DNA of 55,673 nucleotides, the filler included, from Catajapyx aquilonaris (lineage: Eukaryota), in NCBI GenBank assembly GCA_000934665.2. It is 2 parts of 2 records of this genome, joined end to end, with 100 filler letters (N's around TTAATTAATTAA, not from the genome) between each part and the next. Parts side by side here need not be neighbours in the genome. Positions count along the whole stretch, not along the records: positions 27,832 to 55,673 come from JYFJ02005012.1; 1 more part is not named here. One strand, given 5' to 3'. The translations under genes and the position numbers were made by a program. This document shows positions 50,801-55,673 of this stretch, piece by piece. The notes below the pieces were generated by a model. It saw nothing but the letters and a program-made list of their open reading frames with translations, made no database searches and was not told where the DNA came from. Position 1 is the stretch's first letter, and every line of letters begins with the position of its first letter.

Positions 50801-53179
50801 ACGCGTCTCATTGAAATTATTTTTAATCCCACCCTATTGCGCCATATGACTATAAGTTTCGCCAACGACAAAAGCGCCATAGAAACAGGCAGACAACTGC
50901 TGATAACACCCGTTTCAATGAGATGAAATTAGCAACTAACCGACGTTGTGGTGAACCAAGGCACGACCCAGAATCAAAACCGTTCATCCTTTTTCCTGCG
51001 GAAATCGACAAAATTCATAAAGAAAATCCGGCAGCATAACACTTTAGGAAGTAAGTGGTAATGACTGGTTTCCACAAACTGACTATTATTACAGCTATCA
51101 TCACGAGTTTTTGTGTCAGCGCGGTCAGTTATAGATGTATAACTATTGCGTTTAAAAGAAAGCAGTTTATTATGCGGAAAGGACGCAATAAAACTGTTGT
51201 AATGTGTGTACACACTATATTAATACTATAGGAAGGGCAGACACGTTCGACCCTCTCCAGTTGTCTTATCGCCACAACTACAAACATGCACAATTGATTC
51301 GCTGCCTATCAACATAATAGCCTCGTCAGTTCACTCACTTCCGCTGGTTTGATATAATACCATTCGACGCATTTTCTATATAATATCTATCTCTCCTGCT
51401 GTTTGTTATAGCACTGTGCGCGTCAGTTTATAGTTAGGCTGAATATTTCCTCGAGTGGATTTTTCCTCATCCGACTGCCACTGATTTGGTGACCACACAA
51501 AACGTGATGCTGAGAGGGGCTTAAACCCGCAAAGTACGGCGTGTTTTTCCTGCAGTGTTTCCCAACCTCGACCATTAACACAACCGCACATTATCCGGCT
51601 CTGTACATGTGGTTTTGAGCACGCATTACATCTTGATAAATGTTACTGTATGCTGTGCTATGTTGTGTCATAATCTGGGCCATATTCATGTATGCGATGT
51701 AATATTTCTTAAGATATTGTCACGGAGGGCCTACATGTACTTTACCATCCTTCTAAGCGCACTTTTTGATGGTCAGGTCAGTTTTCCACAGCAGTGCGGG
51801 AAACAGAGCCCTTCTTAATGAACCAATTAATAAGGCCATGGAAGTTGTCCAATTTCCTGGGCAAGTGTGGAGCACAAAAAATGTCCTAATGGTGTCGGGG
51901 AGGAAGAGCAGTTTTTTTTTGCTTCTTATCTCTTCAAACGGGACGTACTTCAAACGCTCGTATATATATGTACAGACGCAATTTTTTTTGTACGCTTTTT
52001 TTTTCTCCTGTACAATCATACGAAGGCCGTTTCCTGTACTTATCGTTGTACCAGCAGTTGGTTTCCATCACATTGTATTTTTAAAAAAAGAGCAAATGTT
52101 GTTTTTTTTTTCTTCTCAGAGCTGATGACAATATTCGAGAGGCTTCCTCTTGGGCAGGGCTGGCTAATTGGGCAAAAGCTTATGAGGATAAGGAATGGAA
52201 AAGTCGCTCCGCAATAATAATCGTTAGGACTATCTCGAACGAGGGTGATGGTTCCTGCTAGCTAAAGGAAGTTAAGTCCAATTGTGTTGCCACTTCCGGT
52301 TCGGCAAGGAAATGAAGAGGCTTCTAAAAAGAGATTGGGATATAGGGATGGAGGAAAGGTTGGTGTCAGGGAGTGAGGGGCAAAAGATGATACGAAGCAG
52401 CAGACACTTGTCTTTATTAGAAATGAGTTGCAACAAAGTTCAAAAAAATTGAGTCTAATTGCTGCAATCTGCAAGATAATGTTTTATCTGTTTTAAAAAA
52501 AGTTCCTATAAGCACAATAATGATTCATTTTTCAGGCAGTGCTCGACCTTTGTTTCTTCCGTTTCTGGGCCTGGGCAGACCTTTGAGCAAAAGGAAAGGT
52601 GGCCAAGTCCGATTTTCGGCTGAGCAAACAGCACAACTCGAAAAAGTATTCGCAGGGAAGAAGTACCTGACAGCCAATGAAAGGAAGAAGATGGCAGACA
52701 CACTCCACCTTTCAGAAAGACAGGTGAGAACAGTTTTAAATCTCTGACGTCAGTGACAACCACGATATCTTTGGTCTTAATCGACACACGCATTTTGCTT
52801 TGCAGGTCAAAACCTGGTTCCAGAATAGGAGGGCCAAGTGGAGGAGACTTCGACAGGTTAGTGAATTTGCTAATATTATACCGGTACTTGGTTTCACCAA
52901 ACTGTCAGCTAAGAGAAAACTGCAGCTTAACCCCAGAAACAGACATTGTTGGTGGAACTGGATTTATTCCAATATTAATATATTGGTCGGGGTATACTTA
53001 TTTGACACCTGTTTGTACAGAGAGACTCAGAAGGAAGTTTGGACAACGACGTGCCTCCAGAGTCCGACGAGGCAGAGATGACGTCCCAGTCAGACGAAGA
53101 ACTCAGCGTGGGAGGTTCACCTCCGCATCTGGAACCCGAATCGTCACCGTTAGATTTGCATATCAATAACGGAGTGTGA
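47886..53179 (+). CDS. Hhex: haematopoietically expressed homeobox (Hhex/Prh) ortholog, 4 exons, about 261 aa
   Basis: Exons 47886-48273, 52536-52723, 52806-52856, 53021-53179 splice in frame (786 nt). Pro-rich N-terminus with eh1 motif FLIADIL; diagnostic RPLSKRKGGQVRFS...LSERQVKTWFQNRRAKWRRL homeodomain; 51-nt third exon; acidic C-terminus. Confidence 0.95.
48305..48649 (-). mobile_element. tRNA-derived SINE related to family B, in Hhex intron 1
   Basis: - strand A box TGGCCGAGATGG, B box GGTTCAAATCC, poly-A tail; TSD ACATAATGGTATT (48292-48304 and 48650-48662). Shares blocks such as CACCGGTGCAAGG, AGGTTGCCA and TACCCCGTGATA with family B but is clearly diverged. Confidence 0.9.
49357..49513. 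repeat. two adjacent imperfect inverted repeats in Hhex intron 1
   Basis: 49357-49388 pairs with 49411-49442 (32 bp, 4 mismatches); 49447-49513 has arms of about 31-33 bp and a very short loop. Confidence 0.75.
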
Positions 53180-54993
53180 AACATCCTTTTTTTTAAATGT
53201 ACAATAAGTTATTTTTGCATCCGCGTGTAGACCCTTAACCGTTTTATAGGAAAAAAATAAAATTAAACCTCTCTAGCTCTCCAAGATGGCGTTTTATCAG
53301 TCACTCTCTCTAAATTAAAACATTCCTTTTCCGGCTGGTTAGCAGGACCCTGAAAATAACAACAATCCAACCGCATTTGGGCAATTAGTCAGCGGAAAAG
53401 GCATGACTAACAGTCTTCATTAATGCAGGGATTTTTAATCACTCTTTTTGTTCCTCCAAGACCTACATTCCCAATCAGTCTAATGCCAGATATGTCTGCT
53501 CATGTTGTGCACTTACTAATGCTTCTGTAATCCATGAGTGGTATAACGTATCTTCTCTTATCCTGGTTTGAAAACGCTTTTTGATGAGTTGTCCAGAGGT
53601 GGTGAGGGTCTCACGAGACCTCGTCACATCCTCGGGTTTTTTATCTACCGAAAGCTTAATGGAAACTGGCATTAATCTTAAAACAGCTTGTTGAAGGTTT
53701 CAATTCACTGACAATACCTGATATGACTGTTTGCTTTTCCATCACTTCCCTGCCTGATCTGCACTCTGTCAATTGGCTTAGTTATAAAGAGTGGGGTAAA
53801 AATCCAGCTTATCTCGAGATTCAGCAGACGCAAAGGTCATCCGCAATAGGAACCTAATCGCTCAATCCATCATGTCATATCGGGAAAAAATCATTCGAGC
53901 TGTCACTTACAAGGTGGCACATATTGGTTAACCCAGTTATACGGCTTTCCTTGTGGCCACAACACTGTTATAATTCGTGCATTGTTATGACGATCATTTT
54001 TGACAAATAAGGCGGTTATTTGCCACCGTCCACAGTCCATTAACAGTTACACAACGGTGATTAACTGCTCCTGAAAGCGAACTCTAATCATAAATAAATC
54101 CTTAGTGTACTTCCCCTACCTGATAAAGATTGATCCTCTTTCGACACTTGGTTGATAATAATTTTTTCTATTGTCAAACATATATTGCTTCTAGAACTTG
54201 ATAAGAAAACTGAATTAGTCTTCCGCACATGCACGTAATCAAGGGTTTGAAAGCTTTGATATCAGTCAGGGGGTATAATAGTATTCTTATCTGAAGAATA
54301 CCTGGTAAGACAAGGGTAGTCATTATTGATCGATGATCAAGGGTAATACTCACGTCAAGGATCACGGGTAAGTGATGAAATATATATAGTGTGTGGAAAT
54401 TTTCTTTATAAAATCAAACGCAATATGACAACTTGGACGTCATTTGTCAGAACTAGATTTAGCAGAACCCGTATCATCACGTTCCTAATCCCGCTTATAC
54501 TGGAACTATATACAAGTAGATGGTATAGGGTGAAGTATTTTGCAGTATCTCAAGAAAATAATATTGCAAAAGCTTCACAGCCAATATACGCAGTTAAAAG
54601 CTGTACGTAAATATTGGTGATTTTAATCGTCGGTTTTCATTAACAGAGGATATGCCGTCACACTTAAAAAAAGATAACGCCCATTTGCGCAGATCTTCAA
54701 CTCCGGAGGGAATGTTCACGTTATCTTATACTCCTAAAGATAGACAACCAACCACACCCGGGTATTTGAGTAGCGTTGCAAACCGACTTGTCACATTGCA
54801 TATTGATTACACCAAGTTTCACTTTGATGATTCCTCACGGAATTTTCCTGTAAGCACTGCTCCTAAAAATCCACCTTATGATGTCTTCAATGTGCAAAAC
54901 TGTTCAAAAGAAAAAACAAACTCCAGAATGCCCCAATATTGTAAAATTAACTTAAAAAACACCAATATTATTTATATACAGTATACGTTGCAT

Positions 54994-55469
54994 CTAACTG
55001 CAATAACATCGACACTTCAGATTAATGTCAGGTTGCACCACCTCCAGAATACATTTCCAGCTGGAGAAGAGCCAGAAAAGTTTGTTCTTCATTGTTGTCA
55101 ATAATGCTGTCCACATCAATGAATAACGATCCCTTCCAGCAGCTCCTCTGGTCCTGTACGATGAGGCAAATGATGGCAAAGGAACATTGACCCTGAATCA
55201 ATAGGAACTGACCCATCCGTTGTGTAACTATAGACGAGCCCTGAAATACGTCGTAGATCACCGCCACGTGAGCAACATCCTGAGGCGCACGACTCGTCAT
55301 TTATAATTATACAGGTTCATATTGTGGATGTTGACGCACCATTGTCAACTCGGTCTTGTAATGGACCCCGATCAAAGGGTATAGCAATGACTGCGAAGAA
55401 CACGTAAATGAGCATCTTTAGTGAAGTTAATATGAGGTCACCTGCCTCCTGTTCGCCTAGCGAAGAAGA
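54994..55469 (-). other. possible short-exon spliced gene fragment of unknown function
   Basis: Candidate exons 55469-55442, 55390-55340, 55240-55213, 55153-54994, separated by 51-99 nt GT-AG introns, join into one open frame (SSSLGEQEAVIAIPFDRGPLQDRVDNGLVYSYTTDGTRG...). No recognisable domain. Confidence 0.3.
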
Positions 55470-55673
55470 CTACAATGAAAGGAAACAAGCAGAGTACGTA
55501 CAAGAACCTCCGTGGTCAGGACTGACATTACAGTATTTAATGATATTCATCCTAATGTGATTCGACCAAATTATTATACGTAAGTAGTGGTCCACGGCTT
55601 ATTACGGCGACTCATGGAAAAATTCCGCAGTGGCGCCACCGTCTATGCGAGTTTAACATGGGAAAGCGCCACT

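Noticed and set aside
51789..52261. Exon-like segments in Hhex intron 1 (e.g. ADDNIREASSWAGLANWAKAYEDKEWK)
   Set aside because: Out of phase with Hhex, joining them needs a GC donor, and I found no start exon or recognisable domain.
1..55673. CRISPR array or prokaryotic operon/defence system
   Set aside because: No regularly spaced repeat-spacer array or operon; genes carry spliceosomal introns and eukaryotic promoters.

Overview
Eukaryotic (arthropod) genomic DNA with spliceosomal introns, mostly 60-105 nt. A 100-nt artificial assembly spacer (44 N + TTAATTAATTAA + 44 N, 27732-27831) splits the window, so adjacency across it is unproven. The left part (1-27.7 kb) has no protein-coding gene I can support; it carries tRNA-derived SINEs, several MITE/inverted-repeat elements and microsatellites. 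The right part contains: (i) a 6-exon ankyrin-repeat gene with a SOCS-box-like C-terminus; (ii) a cluster of five 2-exon cuticular protein genes with the 18-residue DTPEVKAAxAAHxDAH motif (four on +, one His-rich on -), which share a promoter module and show a mosaic pattern suggestive of gene conversion; (iii) a 3-exon oxytocin/vasopressin-family precursor (CFITNCPPG-GKR + neurophysin) on the - strand, head-to-head with (iv) a 4-exon Hhex homeobox gene, with about 1.3 kb between start codons. The nonapeptide CFITNCPPG suggests a crustacean, chelicerate or basal hexapod rather than a typical insect (inference). The most notable observations are the OT/VP-Hhex divergent pair, the positionally conserved FTZ-F1-like sites and conversion mosaic in the cuticle cluster, a Pro-to-His remodelled cuticle paralog, a 1-kb near-perfect foldback element, and a 3' tail architecture shared by several different SINE families. 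All gene models were spliced by eye; no database searches were run.
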